NCBI GenBank assembly: GCA_013239625.1
Contig: MU053557.1
Location: 4,246,123 to 4,310,122, forward strand
From: Lama guanicoe
Taxonomy: Eukaryota
DNA length: 64,000 bases
Direction: 5' to 3'
Position numbers and translations under genes: made by a program. Shown here in pieces: positions 26,436-39,975 of this stretch; the stretch's first letter is position 1, and each line of letters opens with the position of its first letter. The notes under the pieces are model-generated. The model ran no database searches. It was not told where the DNA came from and was given only the letters and a program-made list of their open reading frames with translations.

Positions 26436-26479
26436 TAGTATAAGGATGCTCTCTTAACATGATAAAAAAAATCTTTTAC

Positions 26480-26577
26480 TAAAGCCAAAATTATACTTAT
26501 TAGAGAAACATCTTTCTCCTTAAAAGCATAAAGCCAAAATTATACTTATTAGAGAAACATCATTCTCCTTAAAAGCA
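26480..26577. repeat. 49-bp tandem duplication
   Basis: taaagccaaaattatacttattagagaaacatc(t/a)ttctccttaaaagca x2, 1 mismatch. Confidence 0.95.
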
Positions 26578-26751
26578 AAACTCTGATCTTACAAAACATT
26601 TTGAATGAATGTTGGAATGAATGAATAACAGATGGGATAAGGGAAGAAAAGTGTAGTTATAAACTTGGAGAATAAGAAAACTGCAAGAAAGGCAATGACC
26701 TTCCCATGATACTACACCTTGCCCTGCAGTGTATCACATTTAATTATAATA

Positions 26752-27440
26752 TTGACTCATTCACTCATCCCATTTTTTGAGTAGCTTCTATATGCTAGGC
26801 AGTCTTCTAGGTGTGTGGCACACATTAGTCAACAAAACAAAAATCCTGGCTTTTATGGAGCTTACAGTCCAGCAGATGTAGGGATACAGACAACAAACTT
26901 AGACATAAGTAAGTAAATTCAGTAGATTAGAAGGTGATAAGTGCTATGGAATAATTAAAAGGCCTACCAGAATGAAAGGAACCTAAAAACGCTGAGAGGA
27001 GGCAGGAGGGGGCAGGTTGAGAGGAGGGTAAGGGTGTTGGCCATACAAATATTCAGGAGAAGAGTGTTACATACTGACACAATAGACCTTGGGGAGACTC
27101 TAAAGTAAAAAAGTGTGTCTGAAATGCTTGACAAATAATGAGACCACCATGGCTGGAAACATGTGAGCAAAGCAGAGAGCAGTAAGAGACTAGACCAGAA
27201 GTTGATGAGAGCCAGATCATGCAGGGCCTTGAAGGGCATTGTAAGGACTTGGGCCTTTATCCCAAGTAAGCTGAGGAACCACTGCAAGGTTGTGAGCAGA
27301 GAAGTGACAAGACCTTCCTTGCATTTTAGAAGGAGCCCTCTGGTTGCTGTGTTAAGACTAGAATGTAGGAAGGCAAGGGTAGAAACAGGGGGACTTTGGG
27401 GGGCTATTGCATACAAAAGTAATGAAGGCTGGATGTGGAT
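26752..27440 (-). mobile_element. LINE-2 (L2a-like) 3' region
   Basis: ctcattcactcatcc...ttatggagcttacagtccagc...gccagatcatgcagggccttgaagggcattgtaaggacttgggcctttatcc. Confidence 0.85.
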
Positions 27441-27454
27441 TTTATTTTTAAGGT

Positions 27455-27770
27455 AGTGTTTACTATACATATGGAGAGGATGAGGATGATAAAGTAGAAG
27501 CAGAGATGGTATTAAAGAGTTGAATCACTATCTTCTGTAACCAGGAGTCAAGTACGTAATATCTAAAATTAATAAAGAAAAACAGTAAAAGCATAGCATT
27601 TAGGAATATTAAGCTACAGTAAGAGATAGCTAAAAATACTTTGAAATGATTGCTACTAGAGAGAGAAACTGGGGAGGTGGGACAAGGGACAGCTGTTTCT
27701 TATGAATCTTCCACCTCATTATTTTAAGCCATATGAGCATATCATTTTGATAATCTTTTCAAAAAAGAAC
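27455..27770 (+). mobile_element. Old L1 3'UTR (L1MC5-like)
   Basis: ggagtcaagtacgtaatatctaaaattaataaag...gattgctactagagagagaaactgggg...catatcattttgataa. Confidence 0.5.
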
Positions 27771-28756
27771 CAGAAAAAGGTTGGCATTTAACTTCATAGT
27801 TAATGTTGGATTGGGGAATTGTGCAATTGCAATAGTTACAAAGGAAGAAAAGATATCTAACTGCTGGGAAACTATAAGTAAAATATCGCCATTTGTGGAT
27901 GGCAAAATGCCTAGTTAAAATAAGTGTCAACCAAAATATTTCAGTAACATGATCAGATAAAGAGACTTTTTTTTTAAACTTTCTGGCTAGTATAATGTCT
28001 TGTTGAATAAGTGTTTTTCTTAAGTGGACTAGAATTGTCTTCACTATGAGTTCAGACTAAATTCAGCACTCAAATGTAGTCAATGACTAATATCTTAGAG
28101 ACTTGTTCTTTTTAATTCTTAAAAACTAAATGACCATTCAGCTTTATCTGTGGTTTAATACTATTGACTGTTCTGGTTTCCTCTGGAAAGGAAAAAAAAC
28201 ATTGTATTCTTTCCTCCTGTTTAATTTTGGTTTAGAAGCAATTGCTGAGCAGACCAACAAGCAGTTCAAGCATATGCTATGTATGCTCTGGTCAAAAACC
28301 AAGGGCAGGTCACTACAGACCGCTTTTCATATTCACTTTCCCTGCTCTGGAAAGGAGAGTAGAAAGTGGTTTCCACCTGAGTTCAAGTCAACAAGTCATG
28401 CATTCACCCATCCATCCATCCATTCATTCACTCATTCAGATCCTTACAGAGCAAGAATAAGCTGAGCCGTGAGATTTAGGGGGGAAGACTTACTCTCAGC
28501 TCAGTAGGCTTGTGTGAACAACACATTTAAAGGACAATTACAGTACACTGCAGTAGGACTCAAAGAGAGTTTTGCCCAGAGTGCTCATAGAGGCACCTGT
28601 CAGCAGGAATGGGAAGTGTTGGGAAGAGGGAATGACAGAGAGGCAGAAAAGGAAGCGGATTTTATTGGTTGAGTAAAAGTAATAGTAATTGGTTGAGCAA
28701 CTGTAAAGGAAGGAAATAGCAAACTATAGTTCTTTGGAGAAACTACAGAGAAAGAG

Positions 28757-28758
<2 letters not shown>

Positions 28759-28794
<36 letters not shown>
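28759..28794. repeat. (GT)18 microsatellite
   Basis: perfect GT run. Confidence 0.98.
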
Positions 28795-28797
<3 letters not shown>

Positions 28798-31643
28798 GCT
28801 CAGTGGCCCTAAACTCAAAATGGCCATAGGAGCCAGAGGTAATATGAATGAGTGGAGTTGGTCAGGTCTTGGGAAAGACAAGAGAGAGTAGTGCAGACTG
28901 TGGTAAACTGAGGAGAGCATGCTGCAACCCTCCCATGGCTCCAGTGATCAGTGCTAGGTATGACCTCTTGTTCCTGTAACTTTTGATTTTTCAACAGAAA
29001 TCCAGATCTGTGTTGAGGTGTTTGTGTATGAAATTAATTATTAGTGAATTCAAATGCCTTAAAATTATAATAAAATATACGGTACCCTCTTCTACTGCCT
29101 CAAATTATCTATGGCTGATTTCAAGCTGAGAGCTATTAGTGAGCTCCTGCTGAGATACTGGCTGAGCTGTTCTGCTATATGCCACCTTAAATACATCACT
29201 TAAGTTGTTCTAAGCCTCAGTTTCCACATCTGTAATAATAACAGTATTTAATCCAATTTATTTAAAATCACAGGTGTTTTTTTGTGAGAACTAAACGGAG
29301 AACCTAATGTACAGCTAGAAATGCTGCTTTATTATAAAGTTGTCCTCAATGCATTTTATTAAAATATACTGCATATTCATATAAATCATTACAGTGTATT
29401 ATATATATTGAATCATTACAATACATTCTATACACACATATTTCTTCTCCACCAATGAGAGCTCAAGAGCTAGCTGCAAGGAGGATACTGATGGAAGTGT
29501 ATAGTTTACAGTTAATTTCCTCTATGCTATTTATTTTGCATGCTGGCAAGCAATGTTGACCCATAACAGCTGACTAAGATTTGGCAGGTAACAGTGCTGG
29601 GCCCTGCTAAGGGTACCAAAGGACAAGCATCCATCAACATGCTGAAATGCAAGTGTCATAGCAGCTCCAGGAGGCTTCAAGGAAATGGCTGCAGCTCAGA
29701 GGATGCAGATGAGCTAGCAACTGGGTTGACTGCAGATCTGGGGCAGTATGAAGAACATCCCTGCAGCCCAGGAGCATCAACCAGAAATCAAATTAAGGGA
29801 CATCAGTAGAAACTGTGATTAAAGACACATGATGGTCTCAGGATATTTGAAAAGACTAGAACACCAATCACCAATGAACAATGTATACAAGCATTTATGA
29901 GAAGTATGCCCCAGAGATCTTAATTTAGTCAGCAATCCCATTTCCAGGAATTCCTACTTGGAGCTACATGGGGTTTATGTTAAGTATTTAGCATAGATGC
30001 TGGCCTCAGAAAGTGAGCTTTTATTATTATTATTTTCTAGATTTGGGTAAATTATAAAGTACATATTGGAAGGTGGTAAAATGTGAGGCTGGAAAGGTAG
30101 ATGGCCAGAGACCGGATCCCAGCAGATCTTAAAGGCTATGCTAGGAGTTCAGAATTTCTCCAAAGAGTTGGGAATGCACTGAAGGATTTTAAGCAGTGTA
30201 TTAATCACCTCTGTTAAATGTGATATATAACAAGGAGCTTACTACCTTCATTCAAATATAGAATGATTGACATGAAGCTGAAATACAGTCAGTGGATTTT
30301 TCTGTTCTCTCCGCTGTGACAATGCATACGCCGACTGCAATCTTTAGAATCTGCCTTTAATTAACAGCGTATGTCCCAGGGGAGAAATGAAATTCAGGTT
30401 CCATATGCTCTCCCCAAACAATGACACTGCCTCTGAACTTTGCATACTGATGGTTGCTCTAAGATAGCCATCAGCAGAAGACAAGGACAAAGATACCTCA
30501 CAGGAAAAATGACATCTTCACATACTTGAACCACAACCTCGTTAGCAGACAGCAGAAGTGAATCAAAGGGCATATTAGTTCTGCTTCCTGCTCTCTGAAA
30601 ACAACAGCTGACGGAGGCAGGACAGGGCAAGAAGTGGGTGGTGGGAGAGAAGGAAGCTGCATTTTGCTGACAGAAATAGCTTCTGGATAAGGTCTAATCC
30701 ACAAATACAAAATGGTCCCAAAAAGATGGTGGAGGAAATGTCTTCTAACCCTTGGTATGCAAAGGTCTCAGCATTTTTGCCAATGTCTCTCATTATTTCT
30801 GGATGATAGCACGAAAATGAGTGGAGATGAAATGCCTTTGTGAGATAATCTCCCTGGCAGTTCCCAACCTTCCTAGTCCCAGAACCACAAAGGGCACAGG
30901 GAACTACCATTGAGTGAGCACCTGCTAGCTTGCTACTCTGCTGGGTATTTCCCTTACATTAGACTCAGAGGATTGTCCAGTCTTTTTCCATTTGTCTCTT
31001 CCCTGCACTGTCCCCCATCACCCAACCCCTTCAACAAGTACCTGTCATTGTCATCTTAAGGCAGAACAGTTTGGAAATGGTCAATTGCCAGGGAGTTGCC
31101 CATTGAGTATCTTTTATTTTGTTCTTCTTGCCCCAAGGCTAGAATTCTGCAGTGACCTCCTGCACCCCTAGCTGGGATGCATTCAGACTGATGCCTAATA
31201 CATTCAGCACCTCACCCCAAAAACATACTGCCTGAGTATACTGGAGAGGACATGAATCCAACAGAAAAAGCAAGAGATTGGACAGAGCCCCTGCACAGGA
31301 AGCACCAGAACTTCATATTCTGTCCCTTTTGCTCTAGAGTAATTGCAGGTAAAACTACCAGAAGGTGCCTGGGGGAGTCAGTATAATGTTTAAACTTATT
31401 AAAATCATTGAGAAGGTTTCTTCCTCTGCTTCTGTTTGAGATGGTTCATGGCTAGGTATCATGTGGCAAGTAAAAATTTCCTAATGTTCTTCCAGATAAA
31501 ATGGTCTCTGTGTTATTAAAAAACCCCAGGACCTTAAGAGGCCATGACCATTGAAGGTTTGATTTTGACAACCTAACACACTGTACAAATACTAGTAATT
31601 ATTGTTGAAGTAAGTATTATTACTTAAGAAATTTCAGGAATGC

Positions 31644-32115
31644 TGTGGGATAGAAGCTAATAATTACTCATCACCACTTCTTTCTTAATAATAGAAACTT
31701 GGTCTTGTTGGGGGCATCAATGTGCACTGATGCAAAACTACTTTTTTCAGCATCACCTTAAGAAAGGGGTAACCAGGTAACTAAGTACTGGATAAGGCTT
31801 TCAGGAGGGTTGCTAAATTAGGTAGGAGATTCTTTTGCATGTTTTCCATTCTTCATTTTTTCTGCCGCGAATATAGACTTGATGTCTGGAGCTGCAGTGG
31901 CCATCTTGCACCTTGAAGTTGGAAGTCACATACTAACAACAGAACAAAAAGATAGAAGAAGCAAGAAGTACAGGTTGTATCATAGAATCATTGTAATAAC
32001 TACAGAAAGTCAGCCTCCAGAATGCCTACATAAAAGAGAAAAATAAACCTCCATCTTGTGAACCAGTGTTATCTCAGGTTTCTGTTTTTATTAAATATAG
32101 TTCCTAACTGATTCA
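31644..32115 (+). mobile_element. MaLR solo LTR, MLT1J-like
   Basis: gatgtctggagctgcagtggccatcttg...gagaaaaataaacctccatcttgtgaaccagtg...ttcctaactgattca. Confidence 0.8.
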
Positions 32116-33117
32116 TCTTCTGTATGGTAAAATAAGAAGAAAAGAAGAAAAAATATTCATTCAAGATGTGAAAAAAAAAAGAACATTTTAAAATTCTCTA
32201 GTCTTCAGAGTATGGTGCATTAGTGGGGAGGAAATTACTAGATGGGGGCCCCAGGATAACTGTGATGCCCAAGCTGGCTAGTGGAGGGGAGTTTCTTGTC
32301 AAAGAAAGCTGTAAGAATCCAGCGGATTCCACCTGTGGCTTTCAAACACGTTGCCCTTTATGGCGATTATAAGCCTGCATTATTTATCAACAATGAATTT
32401 GCCTGGTCTATAGGAGAAATGTCTGATCCTTGCAAAGTGTTTCCCTTGTGGGACCTGGGAGACTTCTGAATCTATTTAATGAAAAGCTAAATAAATCAGC
32501 ATAACAAGTTCAAGTTCATTCAAGTCAACATCAATGCCAGTTACTCCAGAAGAAGCAAGAAAAGAGACCAGCAGAGAGGAAGGTAATAAAAAGCTCTTAG
32601 CTCTGCTTACCTAATTATCCCTAATCCGCTAAAGAGCTGAAACATCTTACAAATGTTAATTAATTAAGCCCCCTACCAGTCAAGCAATGAGCCCAGGAAG
32701 AGGCCCCTCTGCTAAAAGTAAGGACTGTGACAGAGCAGTGGGCTGGGAATGGACATCTAGTTAAGCAGGCAATGTTTGAAGTCCTGTAGGTCAGCTAAGA
32801 CAGTGAGAAGCAACACCAGAACTCTAAGAACAGGAGGGTACAGAGAACCAGAAGTCAGCATGTATGAAATCAGGGACCATGACTTCTTCACCACATACTC
32901 CATCCAGTTTTTTGCTTCCACCTTACAGTGGAATAACTGTACTGCCCCCTAGTCTCAGAAATCCTCATCTCCTGGAAATCTGCCAAATGAGTTTCCCTTT
33001 TGTCCTCTGAAACCACCATTAACACACACACTATTTGATGATGAAATTATCTTATGGTATCATCCTGTTTTCATGCTTCCCAAATTGTGTTCTTCTGACA
33101 TATTACAGAAGACATTT

Positions 33118-34070
33118 GAATCAGCCGTGATGTTTCGGCTGCAAATAGAGGAAAACTCAACTGAAAGTGTCTTAAACTGTAAAGTAAATGTGTTGTTTCT
33201 GGTTCATTTAACTGAAGACTTCAAACGTAGATTAGCTTCAGGCACTGATTTAAGATTAGGATTCTGGCTCCCTTTCTCTGCAGTTCTCTTGGTGTTTTTC
33301 CCTCTGTCTGCTCTTTCCTTGGAATATTATAGTAGCAAAATCCTACAGCAGTTCCTGGTGACACCACTATATAGCACAGCATTTGGAGAAAGAGAGAGCT
33401 GCCTTTTCCCAGATGTAACACAAATGCCCTGCACTTCATCCTGAGTGGAAAAAATTAGGTTAGGCACCCACTCTTGAAAAATGTTCATTCTGGCCCAAGA
33501 AATGGTATGTGAGTCAGCCTAGGCTAAGTTGAGCTCTGGTGACAGATAACCCTAAGGCCTCAGTGGCTTGCAAAGCAATAGAGGGTTGTTTCTCATTCAA
33601 TTTGCATGGTGGCAATTGTGGAACAGCTGAGACTTCATTCTTGTCTTCTCCATTCTTGTCTTCTCCATGACTAAGATTGAAGGAGCAGCCAATTTCTAGG
33701 ACATATTAATCTTCTGGCAGAGGAAAGAGTGGTGGCAGAACCACAGGCTGGTCCTTAAAACTTCCACTTGAGAAGTTCCACACACATTTTATGAGGCAAA
33801 GAAAGTCATTGCCTAAGCATGTGGTTGGTGAGATGGGAGTAAGATCTTTCAGTAAGAAAATCTAGATGGGATGAGTCTGATATATTTTGAACATAATGCA
33901 ATCTACTGCAAATGCTATATGCTGATGGGCATAAACTGAGTTGCTCATCCACGAACCACTTACCAGGTAAGGGAGACAGGATTACACTTTTTGGCTTAAA
34001 TGAATCAAACCCTACCTCCTAAGCGGGAATGGAATCAACCACACCCAGATCACATAGTCTACTTCCCCTA
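33118..34070 (-). mobile_element. MLT1K-like LTR interrupted by a second LTR
   Basis: ttcggctgcaaatagaggaaaactcaact...ggttcatttaactgaag...cttcaggcac; resumes atgctgatgggc at about 33920. Confidence 0.65.
33506..33910 (-). mobile_element. MLT1I-like LTR nested in MLT1K, 5-bp TSD aatgg/aatgc
   Basis: aggctaagttgagctctggtgacagataaccc...ctcagtggcttg...aaagaaagtcattgcctaagc...aatctactgca; carries a 15-bp duplication cattcttgtcttctc. Confidence 0.7.
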
Positions 34071-34748
34071 CCAATAGACAGGACAGATTAGATTCTCATT
34101 TTACAAATGAGCAAACAGAAGTTTACAGTGATTGTACTTGTTTAAGATTATAGAGCCAGAATTCAAGCCAGGTCATCTAAGTTGATATTCAATCCTTTCC
34201 ATTGTATTAAAGACTCTGAATTTGGTACTACTGTATCTACAACTTTCTTACCTAATTTATTTATTTTATTAACAAATGTAACTAACATGGACAGGAATCG
34301 TATTGGAAATCCACTATTCTTCCCATATGATCACCATCTATAAATTAATTCATAGGTTTCAAATTTGAAAACCCTATAATTTGGAGACAAAATCAGAAAT
34401 AACACATTTCATCTCCCAGAACAAACATCCCCTCAAATTGCAGCTCAAAAAACACATTACATAACCTTTCAAGGGATCAGTTTGACCATTAGTTAGCAAA
34501 AGCTTTAAGGTGTGCGTGTAGATTGACCAAGTGATTTGACACATAGAAACTTCTCATGTAAATACACATGGCTGAGTGGAAAAGTTAATAAAAATAAAAG
34601 TAAACTACAAGAATGTTCAATGCAGCAAAACCTTTTAACCTAAAAATCCTAAATATTTAACCTAAATATCCAGCAACATGCAATTTGTTAAGTAAACCAG
34701 GGAATATGCATTCAATAAAATACTATAGTGCTATTTTTAAAAGTCTCA

Positions 34749-35174
34749 AAATAATTCCATGTGCAGCAATATGGATGGACCTGGAGACTGTCATTCTAAG
34801 TGAAGTAAGCCAGAAAGAGAAAGAAAAATACCATATGATATCACTCATATGTGGAATCTAAAAGAAAACGAGGACACTAACGAACTCATCTACAAAACAG
34901 AAACAGACTCGCAGACATAGTAAACAATCTTATGGTTACCAGGGAAAGGTGGTGGGAAGGGATAAATTTGGGAGTTTGAGATTTGCAAATGTTAACCACT
35001 ATATATAAAAATAGAAAAAAAACCAAATTTCTTCTATATAGCACAGGGAACTATATTCAATATCTTGTAAAACTTTAATGAAAAAGAATATGAAAACGAA
35101 TATATGTATATATATGTATGACTGGGACGTTACGGTGTACATCATAAATTGATACATTGTACACTTCAACTTAA
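34749..35174 (+). mobile_element. 5'-truncated camelid-type L1 3' end inserted in an older L1ME-like 3' region
   Basis: ORF2 end (WMDLETVILSEVSQKEKEKYH); TSD aaaagtctca 34739-34748 / aaaaatctca 35175-35184 at a TT/AAAA site. Confidence 0.92.
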
Positions 35175-38004
35175 AAAAATCTCATACCTGGATGTTTAAT
35201 TACATAGAAAGATCTTTTTAAATTGTTGTAGCAAAAGCAAGTTATCAAATAGTATATGCAATATGGTTTCTTTTTCATGTATGGAATTATAGATTTCCAT
35301 TTTTTTCTTTTTGTTTATGTTTATTATCAAATGGGTATGATTTTTACACTAAGAAAATCAGAAATGAAATTTTCTTTTTTAATGAGTCACCCTCCAAGAG
35401 AAGCCATGTGAAGCAGATTGAGAATACCGTCTGCAGAAGTAATAAGCTCTAAGAATGTGTTGCTGATTAGACTAGAGTGCCTCTCATATAATGGGGGAGA
35501 TTAAAATATAACTCAAGCAATATAATCCCTGACATGTAGAAAATGGGTCTAGGAAAATGAGAAATTCTGATTATGAATGGCCTGTGTGACTCTAGCATTG
35601 CCCCCTGGAGAGGTTTGGATTCATCAAAGAGTGAGGTAGAATTTTTCCCAGAGAGATGACAATTCATCAAAATGTTCGACCTTGGTGCTCAAAAATTTTG
35701 GCTCTCTTTCATTTTAATTCTATACTGACCCAGTTACCTTCTGTCTGAAGTTACTCTTTCATCACGAAGCAATGCCCCATGTCGATGACACATTACTTTT
35801 CCTGACTGGTGGAACTCCCACTGCACATGGCTAGGTAAAAATTTTGGTCATGCCAGTTTGGAGTGGGGATTTATTTAATCAGTACCTTTGTGTTTGCCAA
35901 GGTCATTTTAACCCAGGGTGAGTTAATCCCATCAAATGGAAAACCAGCCAGCCAGTTTCTTTCTTTTTATTAACATTTCCACTTTCCTCTCTACCTGCAA
36001 AATTTTCAGTGAATCCGATGTTTCAGCCAATGTTTCCAAAACTTGATCCTTGAATTCCTTAAAAACTTTTATGTAGGTGTTGCCAGTGTTCAGTGATTTG
36101 TTTAAAATGTTTGATTTAGCATCACAGAAAGGAAAATCAGAAGTGTGCTTCCATCGTAATCTGTCCACACTTCCACCTCTTACTGCAGTAACATTTTTAC
36201 TGTAGCCACAGTTTCTGGGCATATCTTGCTTATCTACACCATTGTACCTTTGTTCATTCTTCCTTAAGTCTTGAACCTTTCCACACCATACGTTAAAATC
36301 CTTCTCAAACACCAATTCCCAGGTGGAAAAAAAAATTCTCTTTCTCTGAATTCTTTCATTCAAAATTCTATTCAGTAAGATCCTATTAAGTAAGGATTTA
36401 AGCTCTGTAAATATAGATATTTTATCTTGTTCATTTCTGTATCTCCATTACATATTGAAAAGCAAAGTAGGTAATGCAAATTGTATGAATTAATGTAACT
36501 GTCTCATTTCTAGCTTCTCCCCTCACCAGACTGAATGTTCATTGAGAGCAGAGAAGAGAGGTGTTAATCTGAATCACTCAAGGTACTGTGCAACATGCAT
36601 GCTTCAGTTTTTACACTGACAATATTCAAATATATACCTAAACAGGGATAACAGCTCCAGTCCAAATAACCCAGTTTTCATTTTAACCAGTTTTTCCATA
36701 TCTAACAATGAAAGCTTTGAGCAATTAAAAAATGCATTCATGCACAAACCAAAGATAGAGTGATTTAAGAGTTCAAAATCAATTTTTGACTGATTTTGTT
36801 AGATTCCTCATTCAACAGTCAAAACTTTCAGTGGTTTCAAGGTCAGATCCTAACTTAATGGATCAAATTCAATGAAACCTACAATGTCATTTGGAGAATG
36901 AAATTAGTGAGCAACACTTCTTGTTAAAGCATAACACACCGGTATCATGAATATAACTTGCACTAGTTTTCAACATGTTTCAAAAATGCCACATCCTAAG
37001 GTTTTCCATTATGATAGTTGAACTTGCTGTATTTTTTTCCAAGAAAGGTAAAAAAAAGAAAAAAAAAGTGATAGAAGCACCAAGATTGTGCTAGATGCCA
37101 GCACATACTTATCAAGAATGTTTTTAAAAGAAAAATGGAGTGAATGAAAAAGTTAAGTCTATGTCTGTAGATACCTCTACATTATTGAGCTTCAAAGGAA
37201 ATTCTGGCCTAAGACCTTTCCTGGTGTATTTTTGACATATGCTCCTTTTCTACAAGACAGATACTTATTTTCGAAATTAAAATATGCTTCTGGAGTTCAA
37301 CAAGGGATAATAGAAGCTCATAATTGAGAACACCATGAACAATTTGAACTAGAAACAGGAAGACAGGAAACATAAAATGAAAACAGCCAACAGAGAGGAA
37401 TGTCCTAGGCTTGGGAAAGAGCTTGTCCCCCACAGGTAGGCAGCAGGCTCGTAGCTAACTCAGCCCAGCCTCAGCAGGCTCAGGTAACCACCATCCAGAG
37501 AGGTCAGCATTGCAGCAAGAGTCTATGCCCAGGGAATATTCTGCATCACGTGAATGGTAGCATCACAGCTCCAGGTGGGTTTGAGACAGGACTTCAGTAG
37601 GATAAAACAACCCAAATGAAAGTGGAATCAGGTTACTTGGAAAACCTGGAATTCACTGCCAGGCTCCAGATGTGGCAGGGACACTAATAAGTTCAGGAAA
37701 CCAGGCACAAGCAGAGCTCTGAGGACTTGAAAATCTTAGCCAGGATTGACAAGAACTGCTCATTCACATCACTCCCCTTACCACAGGGCACCAGCCTACT
37801 CTCAGCCTATACTCGCTGTATACAGCCTATACAGGGAACTGGAGCAGGGATTGGGGGGAGACACAGCTGTGAGCAGGTCCTGAAGGCAGGAGAACCAGAG
37901 TAATAACAGTTAGCACATACTGAAGGCTTACTATATATCAGACCTCATACTAGTCTTCATATGCATTACCCTTTACTACTAACATTATCATCAATACTCC
38001 ATGA

Positions 38005-38240
38005 AACATTTACTGAACATTTATTATGCACCAAGTACTGCTCTATGTGTGTTACAAGGATTATCTTATTTGTCCTTACAACAAATGTTTGTGCCCAATT
38101 CTCTTTATTCCTATTTCTTAGATAAAGAAATCAGAATACAAAACTGGTTGAATACCTTGCCCTCAGGTCACACAGACAGCAAGTGGCAGAGCTGGGATTA
38201 TAACCCCAGCTTTCTGAATCTAGAGTCCCAATCACTGGCT
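38005..38240 (-). mobile_element. MIR SINE
   Basis: aacatttactgaacatttattatgcaccaag...aggtcacacagacagcaagtggcagagctgggatt. Confidence 0.85.
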
Positions 38241-39824
38241 CATGATTTCATTTAACTCCTAGGAGTAACTCTCATTAAGAGAAATTTACAGCCAATAAAC
38301 TAGACTAATTTGAACTCCCACGATTGGCAAAGGACGTGCAGGGCCTTCTGGTCTCCTCATTTTACAGGTCCAGAAAGGCTTTGGGCAAATGGCAAGGGCA
38401 CAGTGAAGACATGCCTCTCCATTTTGAATGCTGAGGTTGTGCTACTTACAACAAGAAATTTCCTCATGTACTGCCCTAAAGCCCCTCTGTCCCTTTCTCT
38501 GGTTATCTCTTTCCTTTCCCAGCCATCTCTCATAAATCTGGAATACATGTTTTTCTACGGTTCTTCCTTTCTTGTCTTCATTGCTGGAAAGTGAATCTCA
38601 TCACACATAAATCCTGACCCAGAGAGACACTCCCAGAAACTGGATGAAGTCAGCCTGAAAGATTTCTGGAAGCCAATAATGGCAAATGAATCTCTAAATT
38701 ACTGGTATTAATCAAATGCCTCCTACATCTCCTCACTTCATTGCTTTCCCGCATCACCACATCCACTCAGAGCCAACTCTTTTCCTTGGCGTGGTTCTTG
38801 ACACCTGCTATTCTTAGAGTTTCTTGATCTGAGACATAACAAGTCACTGGCCCCACTGTCCAAGAAGAGGTAGCATTTAACTAGTGGAAGGAAAATGGGT
38901 GGGCAGCAGTGAGCCAGAATGAAATCACGAAGCCCCAAATTGGGCTTGACGTGGGTGGAGGAAAACAGGAAGGAAAGAATGCAGAAGTCATGGGAGCAAG
39001 AGCACCATAAGCTTCAGGGTCAATAAATATTAGACCAGCTCCCTGAGAACACAGTTGATGACTCTTGTCATTTCTTAGTGTATGGGCCATCAGGTGCCCA
39101 AGGAAGGTTCAAGGTGCTGCAGTGGAAACAATGCCAGCGCCATTTTACAAACATCCCTGAGTGTGGCAGGTGATGTACCTGCATGTCCACATTTTATCCT
39201 TACAACAGCACTGTAGGGGAGGTTATTTAAGTGCACAATTCACACACGTGGCTCCTAACTGAAATGGTGCCCAAAGCTATACCTGAGAAGTACCCCTCTC
39301 TCTGTCTCCGTCTACCCCATTCCCACTCTCATCCCTCCTAGGCAACCACTTTGATTTTTTTCCCGTTTATCTATCTGATTTTTCAATTTCTACAGACACA
39401 AAACAATGAAAATATACATTCTTATTTTTACGCAGGGGAGGTAGTACTATTTTCATTCCTTATACACAAGGAAACTAAAGTTTGGAGAAGTTGACTGCAT
39501 CTTCCTCTGGGCTGATATTTGGCTAATCAGGAACCCGCCAACTCCTAGAGTCACTGTTGGCTATAGGATCCAACCTGAGGACCAAAGGTCAAGAAACCCA
39601 GTTTAAAGTGACCCTAGCTTCTGAATTCAAGGTCCCTGGTTGAGTTAGTAGATTTAAAGGCTAGTAGATTTAAAATGTCATGCCCTTGTTCTATGGTTCT
39701 AAGAAATCAAGGATCTAAGGTAACACTAATGCCTGGAGCTGGAGGTTTTCATGGACTGTTCATTGGGGGGGGGTCCTCTTTCAAGCTTCCTAGAAGAGAA
39801 AGGCTGGTATATAAATGCTTAGGG

Positions 39825-39975
39825 TAAGGCTGTCAGATAAAAGACAGGGTGCCCAGTTAAATTTGAATTTCAGATAAACAATGAACTTTTTTTGATATAT
39901 ATAATCCCACACAAAATTTAAATGATTCTATATTTTATTTATTTTTTTATTTTTTTGCTAAATCTAGCAGCCCTA
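39825..39975. mobile_element. MER53-like hAT MITE with 8-bp TSD
   Basis: cagataaaagacagggtgcccagttaaatttgaatttcagataaacaa...ttgctaaatctagcagcccta; TSD gcttaggg 39817-39824 / gcataggg 39976-39983. Confidence 0.88.

Noticed and set aside
32940..32955. CTCF-like AGACTAGGGGGCAGTA on the minus strand
   Set aside because: Both leading C residues of the core are missing, so it is a weak candidate only.
35932..36363. 143-aa minus-strand ORF in apparently unique DNA, with a CAG|GTAGAG donor-like site
   Set aside because: No recognisable domain, non-ATG start, no convincing acceptor and no partner exons. The plus-strand acceptor-like tract leads to stops in all frames. tblastx or PhyloCSF would settle it.
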